From Mobula hypostoma (lineage: Eukaryota): DNA of 64,000 nucleotides. The DNA lies in assembly GCF_963921235.1 (NCBI RefSeq), contig NC_086097.1, positions 60,390,001-60,454,000 of the forward strand. Reading direction: 5' to 3'. The notes under the pieces were generated by a model. The model saw nothing but the letters and a program-made list of their open reading frames with translations, was not told the origin of the DNA and did no database searches. Shown one piece after another: positions 27,555 through 40,698 of this stretch (positions are counted from its first letter, which is position 1; each line of letters opens with the position of its first letter). A program made the translations under genes and the position numbers.

Positions 27555-28320
27555 AGCTATTACTCACGAGAAGGTGCTTTGGAAGCTGAAAGGTCAAAAG
27601 GTAGATAAGTCACCTACCAAATGGACTATACCCCAGGGCTCTTATAGAGATAGCTGAAGAGATTGTGGAGGTACTGGAATGGAATCAGTAGATTCCGCAA
27701 TGGTTCTGGAGGTGCGGAAAATTGCAAGGAAGAGAGAAAGGTGAGAAACAGGAAATTAAAGGGCAGTTTTCTGACTTCAGTGGTTGGTAAGATGTTAGAG
27801 TCCATTATTAAGGATGAGGTTTATGGGTACTGAGATGCATGTGATAAAACAGTTGGAAGTCAGCATGGTTTCCTCAAGGGGAAATCTTGCCTGGCAAATC
27901 TGCTGCAATTCTTTGGATTTACAGTCATTTGTGGACTTCCACTAACAGGCAGAGTAGACAAAGTAAAGTCGGTGAATGTTGTTTACCTGGATTTTCAGAG
28001 GGCCTTTGAAAAAGTGCCACACATGAAGTTGCTAAACAGGATAAGAGCCTATGGTATTACTGGAAAGATACTAGCATGGATAGTTGATTGGCAGACTGGC
28101 AGAAGGAATAAAAGTGTTTATTTCTGGATGGCTGCCAGTAATTAGTGGTGTTCTGCATGGTCAGTGTTGGCTCTGTTGTTTTTCATGTTATATGTTTATG
28201 GTTTGGATGCTGGAATTAATGCTGTGGTCAAGTATGTAGATGATATGAAGTTGTGAAAGGACTGGTAGCGTTGAGAAAGCAGTAATTCTGCAGAAAGACT
28301 TGGATAGATTAGGAGAACAG
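27555..28320 (+). mobile_element. CR1 LINE internal RT fragment, degraded
   Basis: Colinear with 16020-16790 and 25140-25920. Confidence 0.8.
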
Positions 28321-28512
28321 AGTCATCGAGCACCCCAACACAGAAATAGACCATCTAGTCCATGCTGAAAAATTATTCTGCTTTATCCTATTGACCAGAC
28401 TTGGACCATAGACCTCTATAACCCTCCCATCCATGTACTTATCCAAATACTCTTAAATGTTACAACCAATCCTACATCCATCACTTCTGCTGGCAACTCA
28501 TTTCACACTTAC
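28321..28512 (-). mobile_element. CR1 3' end fragment
   Basis: Similar to the antisense CR1 3'UTR at 17626-17830. Confidence 0.6.
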
Positions 28513-29244
28513 ACAGATTTGTCTGCAGTGGGCAGCCACAAAATCAAGAAACACCATGGAACCCATTCAAGAAAACATCGAACATGTGAAAAAAAGACAA
28601 ATTGCACAAATGGCAAGAAGTGAGAGAACAACACATGAGATATGAAACGTCAAACCAGGAGTGTAGTTTAGTTCAGTGCCATTTAATTAAGTTAAATGTA
28701 TTAATTTAAGTTATAAACATTTATCTAAGTTGACTTCAAACTTGCCTGCAGCATTTTCTATTAGTTCACCTGTTTTGTCCCTGATGGCACACTATGGATT
28801 TTCTTGTCGCACTTTCAGACATCTGCCATTGATCAGGTACAAATGCCAGAGAAAACTTTTCATCAGATTTGCTGCCAAGATAATTGGCGAGCCAGCAAAT
28901 GTTTGGAATTAGCTGTAGTTGATCTGACAACATTAAACAAGCAGCAGGAGCGTTAAACACCAATGTCCAGGTTGCTGAGCCATTGCACTGTTCCATCAAA
29001 CACCCCTCACACACAAAAAAACTAACAAATCGTCTTAGTTGTCCTAATTCTCTATCTTGCAGTAAGACCTAAACTGTTTGATATAGGAATTTATCACAAG
29101 AAGTATGCATTGAAGGGGAAAAAGTCTGAAGTTAAAGCTTTATAAAAGGTTGCCAATGATTCTGTATCTTGCCTTTTAAACACTGGTGAGCTATCTTGTT
29201 CTCTGTAATTTGGGTGACATCAAGATATAGCAGGTCCAGCTTTG

Positions 29245-29535
29245 GTCGGCACAGCAGGTTAGGTGTTACCACAATATTTTACAGCATCAGCTAGAAGATC
29301 GGGGGTTGATTCCCGCCGTTGATTGTAAGAAGTTTGTATCTTCTCCTTATTATTGCACAGGTTTCCTCCAGTGCTGCAGTTTCCTCCCACATTTCAAGGA
29401 CCTACTGGTTAGTTGTGGGCGTGCTGATTTGGTGGTTGAAGCATGGTGACAGACGCAGGCTGCCCAGCACAACCCTTGCTGATTCGCTTTGACCAAAACA
29501 ACATGTTTTACTGTATGCTACGTGACAATTAAAGT
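29245..29535 (+). mobile_element. V-SINE-like (HE1-type) tRNA-derived SINE
   Basis: Degenerate A/B boxes, V-domain-like ggtttcctccagtgctgcagtttcctcccacat, LINE-like tail resembling 56840-56945. Confidence 0.6.
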
Positions 29536-29974
29536 CTTCAGGTTACATCCAGTCTGAAAGGTTCGGTTCCGCACAGATACTGAGCTCTATACAGCATCTT
29601 AGGACCTTAGTCAGAATTTAATTTAGCATATGCTAAGTATACATATTGAAGGCTACTGGCTACAGGGCCTTTGCCTTCTCCATTACCAAAACTTCCAGTG
29701 TTCCCCACAGCAACATTGTGCATGTTCCTTCAATGGCTGATCAACTGATGAGCCCTCATTCATGTGTTTTGATTCTAGAAATGATTACCAAAATCCTTTC
29801 CTGGGAGAAGGAGAAGACAAGTAAAGATATTTAATAGAGCAGAGGGTAGAGAAAGAGATTAAAGATAAAGGGGATGATGTGCAAGACAAAGGACACACAA
29901 ATAAACAAGGCAGGATAAACAACAAATGCCCTCTAATCAAAGGATAGGATATGTGACATTATTAAGCTAATTTT

Positions 29975-30397
29975 TAATTTCAAATTTTTACTGATGTACT
30001 GTGGAGTGCATTCTAACCAGCTGCATCTCCTTCTGGGGTAGGGGTGGGGAGGATGGCGATTTACTGCACAGGATCGAAATAAGCTGCAGAAAGTTGCAAA
30101 CTCAGTCAACTCCATTCTGGCACTAGCCTCTCCAGCACCCAGGACACCTTCAAGGTTCAAAACCTCAAAAAGGCGACATCCATCATTCAGGACCCCCATC
30201 ACATCAGGACATGCCTCCTTCTCATCGCTACCATCAGGGAGGAGATACAGGGGCCTGAAGGCACACACTCAGTAATTCAGGAACAGCTTCTTCCCCTCAG
30301 CCATCAGCTTATTATTTATTGCATTCTACTGCTGGCACTTTACAACAAATTTCATGACATATGCTGGTGATATTAAATCTGATTCTGATTCTGATTA
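29975..30397 (+). mobile_element. Rex1/Babar-type 3' fragment
   Basis: Colinear with 35110-35410; (tctgat)n tail. Confidence 0.7.
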
Positions 30398-30574
30398 TGG
30401 AGTGTCCAATAAAGAGACCTGATAATATCCCTATAGTTGTTGTAGTGTTTCATTTGAATTGTTATGGATTTTAAGAGAGATGTCAAAGCAAGAATGGGGC
30501 TGTGATTTAAAGCACGCTTCACGTAACGCGCAACTAATAATCTTAAATAATTTATGGAAATTTGCTTTCTGCAA

Positions 30575-31146
30575 TTTCACAAAAGACGAGGGCAGTTTTA
30601 TAAAACTCTAGTTTAGCTGCATCTGGAGTATTGCATACAATTCTGGTCACACCATTTTAGGAAGGATGTAGAGGGTGCAGAAAAGGTTTAGTAGGATGTT
30701 GCCTGGATTAGAGGCCATGTGCTATAACGAGAGGTTGGACAAGCCTGGGATGTTTTCTCTGTAGTAGCAAAGGCTGAGGGGAGATCTAATAGAGGTTTAT
30801 AAGAATTTGAGAGGTATAGATAAAACAGGCATACAGTATCTTTTCCCCAGGGTTGAAATATCTAAAACCAGAAGGCATGCATTTAAGGCAAGAGGGTGTA
30901 ATTTCAAAGAAGATATGAGGGGCAAGTATTTTACAGAGAGGGTTGGGTGCCTGGAATGCACTGCCTGGGGTAGTGGTAGAGGCAGAAACAGTAGGGAATT
31001 TTAAGAGACATTTATATAGACACATGAATGTGAGGAAAATGGAAGGACATGGACACAGTGTAGAAGAAATTAGGATTGTTAGCCATTTGATTACTTATTT
31101 AATTTGTTCAGCAGAACATTATCAGCTGAAGGGCTTGGTTCTATGA
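30575..31146 (+). mobile_element. CR1 LINE 3' fragment; tail resumes at 32905-32921
   Basis: TRRHAFKARG..., GAWNALPGVVVEAET; 3'UTR split by the Rex insertion. Confidence 0.85.
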
Positions 31147-32899
31147 CAAAATGTTTCTGTTAAAGATGGCGCCGGTAACTGATGACTTTGCATGTGCTGT
31201 CCCGAGTAAACTGCCCTCTCCACTATCCTATACCCGAGAAACCCTTCTAAACCTCCAATCTAGCAAGATCAAGTTCAACAACACCCTGGTGAAGCTACTG
31301 ACCCAGCTGGAGACCACCGCGCCAGAACTGCTTCTTAAACTCCGGACCGCACCTGGACCCGACCAGCGAGGCCCAACATGTTCCCGGAGACCCGCGGTCT
31401 GCTACCGTGCCGGAGCACTTGGAGACACGGCCCATTCCGACAAGCACCTCTCCAGACCAGACGACCACACAGAAGTGACGGCGGAGACCTCAAGGTGCCC
31501 CAGACGCTTCCCCGGAGTGACCACCGTAAAGCCCCGTTGGTGGCCATCCACAGCTGTCGGAAGTGAAGCCTCCACCGCCGACCTCAGAAATTGAGCCCGA
31601 GGCTCGGCTGGAGCGGAGCCCTCCGCAACCGTGACTCGGCTTAAGGACTTGTTTCAGCAAGGAGCCTGGCCATTCGGGATTAAGTATCGGCTTCGGGGCC
31701 TGACCCAATCAACAGCCTGGACATTCCTTTTCATTGACTACAGTTCTGCCTTTAATACCATCATTCCAAATAAACTGATTCCTAAGCTCCGGAACCTGGG
31801 CCTTAGTACTCAGATCTGCAGATGGATCTTCAACTTCCTCACAGACAGGACCCAGGCTGAGCACCGGTGCCCCACAAGGCTGTGTACTTAACCCCCTGCT
31901 GTACTCACTGTACACCCATGATTGTGTGGCCAAGTTTCCATCAAACTCAATATATAAGTTTGCTGATGACACAACAGTTGTAGGCCGTATCTCGGGTAAT
32001 GATGAGTTTGAGTACAGAGAGGAAATTAAGAACCTGGTGGCATGGTGCGAAGACAATAACCTATCCCTCAACGTCAGCAAGATGAAGGAATTGGTTGTTG
32101 ACTTCAGAAGGAGTAGCAGTCCGCACGACCCAATTTACATTGGTGGTGCGCAAGTGGAACAGGTCAAAAGCTTTAAGCTCTTCGGGATCAATATCACAAG
32201 TGACCTGACTTGGTCCAACCAAGCAGAGTTCACTGCCAAGAAGGCTCACCAGTGCCTTTACTTCCTGAGAAAACTGAAGAAATTTGGCCTGTCCCCTAAA
32301 ACCCTCAGTAATTTTTATAGATGCACCGTAGAAAGCATTCTTCTAGGGTGCATCACAACCTGGTTTGGAAGTTGTCCTGTCCAAGACCGAAAGAAGCTGC
32401 AGAAGATCGTGAACACGGCGCAGCACATCACATAAACCAATTTTCCGTCCGTGGACTCACTTTACACCGCACGCTGTTGGAGCAGTGCTGCCAGGATAAT
32501 CAAGGACATGACCCACCCAGCCAATACACTTTTCAGCCCTCTTTCCTCCGGGAGAAGGCTCAGGAGCTTGGAGACTCGTACAGCCAGATTTGGGAACAGC
32601 TTCTTTCCAACTGTGATAAGACTGCTGAACAGATCCTGAGATCCTGACCTGGATCTGGGCCGTACCCTCCAAATATCTGGACCTGCCTCTCAGTTTTTTT
32701 GCACTACCTTACTTTCCATTTTTCTATTTTCTATTTATGATTTATAATTTAAATTTTTAATATTTACTAATTTTTACTATTTTTAATATTTAATATTTGT
32801 AATCCAGGGAGGGAGATGCGCAAAATCAAATATCGCTGTGATGATTGTACATTCTATTATCAATTGTTTGGTGACAATAAAGTATAAAGTAAGTATAAG
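31147..32899 (+). mobile_element. Rex1/Babar LINE with both ends retained and a large internal deletion; TSD TATGA
   Basis: AAGATGGCG at 31163 and LSYTRETLLNL N-terminus joined near 31724 to [33 protein letters not shown]; (aagtat)n tail; TATGA at 31142-31146 and 32900-32904. Confidence 0.88.
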
Positions 32900-33879
32900 T
32901 ATGATGTACTGTCCTAAGTTCATATAATGTTCATATACGTTACTAATTTATTTAAATTAAACCATGGTGACAAAGTGCAGAGAATATGCATATAGCATCA
33001 ATGAAGTTGAAATAAATCTTTTCAACCAATTATAAGTGATGTTTACTGGAAATTATAAATGATGTAAAAAGAACTCTATATTGATTCATCTGTGAAAAAG
33101 ATAAAAATGTATTAGTATCTTTGTAGGAATAGGATAAAGAACTAAATGTAATGACAGACTAAAAGCATGCCTAATTATGTTTATAATGAAATAACATAAT
33201 GCCAGCCCAAATGCAAAGACATCTATTTTGGAATTGTTCATCACTGAATATTGCTCAGCAAAGTTTTCATTGATAAGCTATTAAACTTTAGATGATATGC
33301 TTTACACTAATTTACCTTTGTGGAAGATTCACTACAAATTACTCATTGTATGCAGAATTAAAAGAGAAGCATTCTTGATGCTATATTATTTCTCTCTCAA
33401 GAAAGAAATTATTTAATAGAGCAAAGGGCTACTTTATTTCCTTGATTTTTCTATCTGAAGCAAACTATTTGATGTAGAATTCAAAGAAAACTATTGTTCT
33501 TCACACATTATTTCTTTTTGATCTCCAGATCTCATAAATGACATGTTAATGACAGCTAAAATGACAGGAGAGCTGTCATGTGGAATCACATAACCATCCC
33601 AATCCCCATCAGAGAAAACCAAGTTGAATACACAAAGTAAACAATGTTTATTAGACAGGTTATTTCGCAAATATTTATCTTTAAAATCTTCTAGTTAATT
33701 TCCCGTGAAACAGATTATTTGAAATGCTTCACAAATTATTCCCATGTAATATTATCTCTTTTGAAAGCCAAATGTGATTTCAAAAGCATAGATCTACAGC
33801 AATTATACCCGAATCAAAAGTCACGGATGTACCAGGAAATTCGTTGTCTGCTGAGGGCTAGATCTGTGATATTCACGTC

Positions 33880-35655
33880 TAGAGCTCCAGGACTATGTCA
33901 GGTATGATTTTCGGAGAGCGATCTTGTGCAAAAGAACAATTCTGAACAAGGTGAGAGACAAATCAGATGCACATCAACACTGGTAGGGTTTGCAGGCCAT
34001 TACTTCCTACAAAGCGAAACCTAACATCATGACTGGCAGTGATGCTTCACTCTCAGATGAGTTCAACACCTTTTATGCATGCTTTGAAAACAAGAATAAA
34101 ACTACAGTTATGAGAATTTCTGCAGCATCCAGTGATCCTATAATCTCTGTCTCAGAGGCCGATGTTAGATCATCTTTCAAGAGGGTGAAACTGCAAGGTG
34201 ACAGGCCCCTAGGGCTCTGAAAACCTGTGCCAAACAACTGGTGAATGTATTCAAAGACACTTTCAATCTCTCATTGCTATAGTTGGAAGTTCCCACCTAC
34301 TTCAAAAGAGGAATGATCATACCAGTGCCCAACAAGAGCAGGGTAAGCTCTCTTAAAGACTATCGTCCAGTAGCACTCATATCTATGGTGATGAAGTTCT
34401 TTGAGTGGTTGGTTATGGCTAGTCTCAACTCCTGTCTCAGCAAGGACCTGGACCCAGTGTAGTTTGCTAATTGCCACAATAAGTCAAGAGCAGGTGTGAT
34501 CTCATTAGCTCTTCTCATGGCCTTGGATCCCCTGGACAATACTAATACTTATGTCAAGCTGCTGTTTATTGACTACAGCTCAGCATTTAACACAATCATT
34601 CCTACAGATCTGATCAAAAAGCTCCAAAACCAAGGCCTCAAAACCTTCCTCTGCAACTGGATCTTCGACTTCCTCACCAGAGGACGATGGTCTGTGGAGA
34701 TTGGAAATAACACCTTCACCTCACTGATAATGAATACTGGCACACCTCAAGGATTACTGCTTAGCACACTGCTCTACTCTTTCGACTGATGATGCAGCAA
34801 ACTTATTGTTGTGATATAAAGATATAAATATATTTTTGGCTAAATTTCAGCAACAACCTTGAACTCCAAGTTAGTAAGACCAAATAATTTATTGTGGACA
34901 TCAGATAGGGTAAGACAAGAGAACACATACTAGTCTTCATAGAGGGAGCAGAAGTAGGAAGAATGAGCAATTTCAAGTTCCTGGGTGTCAGCATCTCTGA
35001 AGATCTATTCTGGACCCAACATATTGATGCAGTTACCAAGAAGGCATGACAGCACTTATATTTCATTGGGAGTTTGAGAGGTTTTGATATGTCACCAAAG
35101 CACTTGTAAATTTCTACAGATGTATGTGGAGAGCATTTTAACTGGCAGTATCACCACCTGGTAAGGTGAGTGGGGCACAGCACAGGGTCGAAATAAGTGG
35201 CAGAAAGTTGCAAACTCAGTCAGCTCAATCATGGGCACGAGCCTCCTCAGCATCCAGGACATCTTCAAGGAGTGATGCCTCAAAAAGGTGCCACCCATCA
35301 TTAAGGACTCCCAGCACCCAGAACATGCTCCCTTCTCTTTGCTACCATCAGGGAGGAGGTACAGGTGCCTGAAGGCATGCACTCAATCATTCAGAACAGC
35401 TTCTTCCCCTCTGCCATCAGATTTCTGAATGGACATTGAACCCATGAAAACTACCTCAATACCTTTTTGCATTACTTATTTAAATAAACTTATATGTACA
35501 CACACACATATATACACTGTATATATACATTCATATATATAAATATGTATACTTCTTACTGCATCCATAGTTTTATTATTTTGTATTGCAATGTACTGCT
35601 GCCACATAGTAACAAATTTCATGGTCTATGCTGGTGATATTAAACATGACTCATT
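33880..35655 (+). mobile_element. Rex1/Babar LINE, degraded RT and 3' end
   Basis: [32 protein letters not shown]; colinear with 58000-59730. Confidence 0.85.
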
Positions 35656-36239
35656 CTGATGAAGTGACTTTTCAGCTAAACCTTCAATGTTTCATGTACT
35701 CTTATTTACTACAGGCATCAAAAGTTTAACAGCAAAGCTGAGATTTTGTTGATGAGTTTTTGAGCTGGAAAGATAATTCTGTTTCTCCTTTGACAGACAC
35801 TCAAACAGGTTGAGTATTTCCAGCATTTGCTGTTTTAATTTGTGGTTTCATTTCTCTCCCTCCTACATTTTGACAATGCATATATGACCCCGTTTACTGA
35901 CATTTTTTTTCGCTATAGATTTCAAAGCATAAGATTCTTCTTTAGTTCAAAAGTTTGACATATCATGCATCAATATTTCTGCAGGAACTACAAAAATAAG
36001 CGTTTGTGAAGCATCTTTACAAAGCCACAGATCTCAAGCTGCTTCACCGGGGTGTAAGAAACAATATACGATAAGCCAGACAGCATTACCTAAATGTCTG
36101 GCTTCCCTTTCTGTTTTGTTAAGAGCAGGCTTTCCTGCATGATATCTCTGGTGTTGATTTTCATAGAGAAACTGAAAACAAGTCCTTTGGCTCAAAGACT
36201 CAATGTCAAAAATCAAACACCTGTCTTTTATACATTAAT

Positions 36240-36510
36240 TGTATACTAACCTATTTTATTCTCTCAAATTCCCATTAACAACCTCACCACCCACATACAC
36301 ACAGATTCTACTACTCACCTATGCACTAAGGGCAACTTGTAGAGGCCAATTATCTGCTAACCTGCACACCTCTCGCTATGGGAGAAACCAGAAGGATGCC
36401 CAGCAAACCCACGCAGTCTCAGGGAGAAACACAAAGATAGCACCAGAGGTCAGGATTGAACTTGGGCATCTGGAGCTGTAGGGCAGCCTCTGCTAGCAGT
36501 GTCACTGACC
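36240..36510 (-). mobile_element. V-SINE-like (HE1-type) SINE
   Basis: Antisense V-domain-like (tgggagaaaccagaaggatgcccagcaaacccacgcagtc) and tRNA-like head (caggattgaacttggg); related tails near 6330-6450, 9120-9290 and 62385-62560. Confidence 0.65.
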
Positions 36511-38198
36511 CTCATGGCTCCTGCAGACTTGCACCATAGATAATATCACATCCACTGTACAATGCCTCCTGAAAGGTGAAAGGAAGGTTTTGCTGATCTA
36601 AGTTGATTGGCAATTTTTGTAGTGCTCTGTAGCTGCCAATGCTAAAACCAATAGGTTATTACGGCCACTGCACGGACAATTAAAGATAATGACGGTCGTA
36701 CATTTCTTGCATTTGAAGCAGTTTTCTTATTGCAGCTACTTAGACTGAGAAAGAATAGCATTGGGACTGGTGTGAGATATAGCTTCAAAATCAATTTCTT
36801 TTCAACTTATTTGCTCCTGCTAGGTATCGCTCATTTTTTTTCTAAACTATATGGTAAAAATTTTAAATTAAACTGAATTGGATTTCCAAGTTGCTGCTGA
36901 CTTTTCTATATCTGTTGTTTTTTTTTGCCTTTTTTGAATGTGTGTGAGTATAAGCTGATTGATTCAACATAACATTGAGATGCTAAGGAGGGACATAGGT
37001 AACAGTGGGAAAGGTTAGGATGAAGAGTGATACATCTCAAACAACAGGAAAGAATGGATAAGTCATAGCCATTGAACACAGAAAAGCAAAAATACTCATT
37101 GTTACTTTTAAAAGTTAGGTTCTTTCGAACAAGACACATTGTCAAACTGTAAATTGAATAGATAACATCAAAATTAGATCTGAGTGTTACTAAAATAGCT
37201 TTCTGAGGAACATAATGAAATTTTTAATGAATAATTATATTCCCAACAAGCTTTAGTAATGACCATGAATAGAACTATCACTAGTTGGAACAGGATATTG
37301 AGTCAGCATTTGAATAGTTGAAGGGAATTAATCAATAACTGTCCTGGAAACAATATATCATGGGTAATTAAGCAGTTTTTGCTGACGAGAACTCAGAATT
37401 CATTGATCTCTTTAATTATTTTCTGTGAAGGTCATTCATCTGACGGTAAATTTGCATTGTGATTTGCCTGATAATACTTGGTGCCATGAAGGTCATTCAT
37501 TTGAAGGCAGGATAAACCTTTAGGGTAATTTGTCTGGTAATGTGCCCCATTGTCAGCCTCCTCTTGCTAGGAGTATCACGACACATTGCCTTTGTTTGTA
37601 AACCAACTAACTCATCCTCAGCACTATCACTCTGGTTCCCATTTGACAAGGGAATGTGAAGAGTGATAATGTTGAGGACGAGGTAGTTGGTTTAAAAACA
37701 AAGGCATTGTGTTGTGAGAGTCCTCACAAGAAGAGGCTGTTGATAGGGCAAAATTGCAGTCAACAAAATGAGTAGTAATGTAAAAGGTGGACAAAATCTA
37801 GAAAGGGTGAATACAGGATGAAGGTATTATATTTGAATGTGCACAGTATATGCAATAAAGTAGGTGAATTTGGAGCACAGTTACAGATTGGCATGTATGA
37901 TATTGTAGGCTCACTGAATCATGGCTGAAAGAAGATTATCTTTGGGAGCTCAACATCCAAAGATACACTTTGTATTGAAAGGATAAGCGGTTAAGCAAAG
38001 GGGCTGGCTTGGCTCTGTTGGTAAAAAATGAAATCAATTTATTGGAAAAACGTGACATCGGTTGGAAGGTGTTGAATCGTCGTGGGTAGAGCTAAAGAAT
38101 TGCAAGGTTAGAAAGACCCTGATGCAAGTTAAATACAGCAGTAAAAATGGGGTCCACAAATTACAATGGGAGCTAGAAAATAAATACCAAAAGAGAAA

Positions 38199-38359
38199 TG
38201 TTACAATAGCCATGGTGGATTTTAATATGCAGGTAGATTGTGGCTAGTCGTGTAGTGGCATCAATGTAGTGGCATCTGCATTGAAGTCCAGTGCTGTTGC
38301 CGCTACACCACTAGCCACAATCTACCTGCATATTAAAATCCACCATGGCTATTGTAACA
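38199..38359. repeat. Perfect 50-bp inverted repeat (38199-38248 and 38310-38359)
   Basis: tgttacaatagccatggtggattttaatatgcaggtagattgtggctagt and its exact reverse complement, checked base by base. Confidence 0.95.
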
Positions 38360-39581
38360 CTGGACTTCAAAGCAGATGGCCCTGAGTTAAAACCCAGCTG
38401 GGTCCTAACCTGGGCAACAGCAGCATCTGCTCAGGAGGAAGGTCCAGCAATTTGACCACAAGACCATAAGACAAAGGAGCAGGAGTTGACCATTCAGCCC
38501 ATCGACTCTGCTCTGCCATTTTATCATGAGCTGATCCATTCTCCTATTTAGTCCCACTCTCCCGCCTTCTCACCATAACGTTTGATGCCCTGGCTACTCA
38601 GATACTTATCAATCTATGCCTTAAATACACCCAATAACTTGACCTCCACTGCCGCCCCTGGCAACAAATTCCATAGATTCACCACCCTCTGTCTAAAAAA
38701 ATTTCTTCACATCTCTGTTCTGAATGGGCGCCATTCAATCCTTAAGTCATGCCCCCTTATACTAGACTCCCCCATCATGGGAAACAACTTTGCCACATCC
38801 ACTCTATCCGTGCCATTCAACATTCGAAATGTTTCTATGAGGTCCTCCCTCATTTCTCTAAACTCCAAGGAATACAGTCCAAGAGCGGACAAACGTTCCT
38901 CATATGTGGTTCCTCATTTGGTCTCATTCCCAGAATCATCCTAGTGAATCTTCTCTGTACCCTCTCCAATGTTAGCACATCCTTTCTTAAATAAGGAGAC
39001 CAAAACTGCCCACAGTACTCCAAGTGAGGTCTTACCAGCGCCTTATAGAGCCTCAACATCACATCCCTGCTCCTATACTCTATTCCTCCAGAAATGAATG
39101 CCAACATTGCATTTGCCTTCTTCACCACCGACTCAACCTGCAGGTTAACCTTAAGGGTATCCTGTACAAGGACTCCCAAGTCCTGTTGCATCTCAGAACT
39201 TTGAATTCTCTCCCCATTTAAATAATAGTCTGCCCATTTATTTCTTCTGCAAAAATGCATAACCATACACTTTCCAACATTGTATTTCATTTGCCACTTC
39301 TTTGCCCATTCTTCCAATCTATCCAAGTCTCTCTGCAGACTCTTTGTTTCCTCAGCACTATCAGCCCCTCCACCTATCTTCGTATTGTCAGCAAACTTAG
39401 CCACAAAGCCATCTATTCCATAATCCAAATCATTGATGTACAACGTAAAAAGAAGCGGCCCCAACACGGACCCCTGTGGAACACAACAATTTGCGTCCAT
39501 ATCTTGCCATGAAAAACCTATGGATCCTAAGATCCATGAGGTCACAAAGAGTCAGACTCAACTTAACAACTGAACAACAAA
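38241..39581 (+). mobile_element. tRNA-derived SINE with Bov-A-like (RTE-derived) body, split by a CR1 insertion
   Basis: Head similar to the SINE at 61975-62125; 3' part ends ccatgaggtcacaaagagtcagactcaacttaacaactgaacaacaa; possible TSD attg at 38237-38240 and 39582-39585. Confidence 0.7.
38455..39486 (-). mobile_element. CR1 LINE, 5'-truncated, relatively young; TSD caatttg
   Basis: VPQGSVLGPLLFTLYINDLD, KFADNTKIG, LVRPHLEYCGQFWSP in one long ORF; caatttg at 38448-38454 and 39487-39493. Confidence 0.92.
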
Positions 39582-40698
39582 ATTGGAAAAATCTACTTGG
39601 TGCTGAATCCCAGGAGGGAAAAGTACTGGAGTGCATACAAAATGGCTTTTTAGAACAGCTCGAGGTTAGGTTGGCCAACATTTATTGGAAAAGAACACTG
39701 TTAGAGATGTGAGAGCAAAACAGAGGTCTGTATTGAGACCATTTCTTTTTATGTTATATGTCAGTGATTTGAAAGATGGAATAGATGGATTGCTGACGAG
39801 TTTGTAGATGATACAAAGATTGGCAGAGGGACGGGTGGTTTGGAGGAATTAGAAAGGCTACAGAAGGACTTAGATTAAGAGAATAGGCAAAGAAGTGGCA
39901 GATGGAATACAATGTTGGGAAGTATATAGTTATGCTCTTCGGTAGTAGAAATAAAAGTGTAGAGTATTTTCTAAATGGAGAAAAAAATCTGAAGTGCAAA
40001 GGTATTTTAGAGTGCTTGTGCAGGTTTCTCTAATGATTAATTTGCCATTGAGTCTGTGGTGAGGAAGGTCAGTGCAATGTTAGCATTCATTTCAAGAGAA
40101 CTAGTATATAAAAGCAACAATATAACATTGAGGCTTTATAAAGCACTGGTGAAGCCTCACTTAGAGTATGGTGAACAGTTTTGGGCCCCTTATCTAAGAA
40201 AGGATGCGTTGACATTGAAGAGGTTTCAAAGGAGGTTCAGGAATATTAATCTGTGATTGAAATGCTTGTCATATGAGAAGCTTTTGATGGCTCTGTGCCT
40301 CTACTCACTGGAATTCAGAAGAATGGGGGTGACCTTATTGAAACTTTTCAAATGTTGAAAGGTCTCGTTAGAGTGGATGTGGAGAGGATATCTCTACATG
40401 GTGGCAGAGTCTAAGACCAGAGGATACAGCTTCAGAATAGAGGGATGTCATATTAGAATGGAGATGAGGAATATTTCTTTAGCCAGAGAATGGTGAATCT
40501 GTGGAATTTGTTGGCACATGCAGCTGTGGAGGCCAGGTCATTGGCTATATTTAAGGCAGAGGTTGATATATTCTTGATTAGTCAGGGCATGAAAGGATAC
40601 AGGGAGAAGGTGGGAGAATAGGGTTGAGCGGGAAAATAGATCAGCATAATGAAATGTTGGAGCAGACTCAATTGGACAAGTGGCTTAATTCTGCTTCT

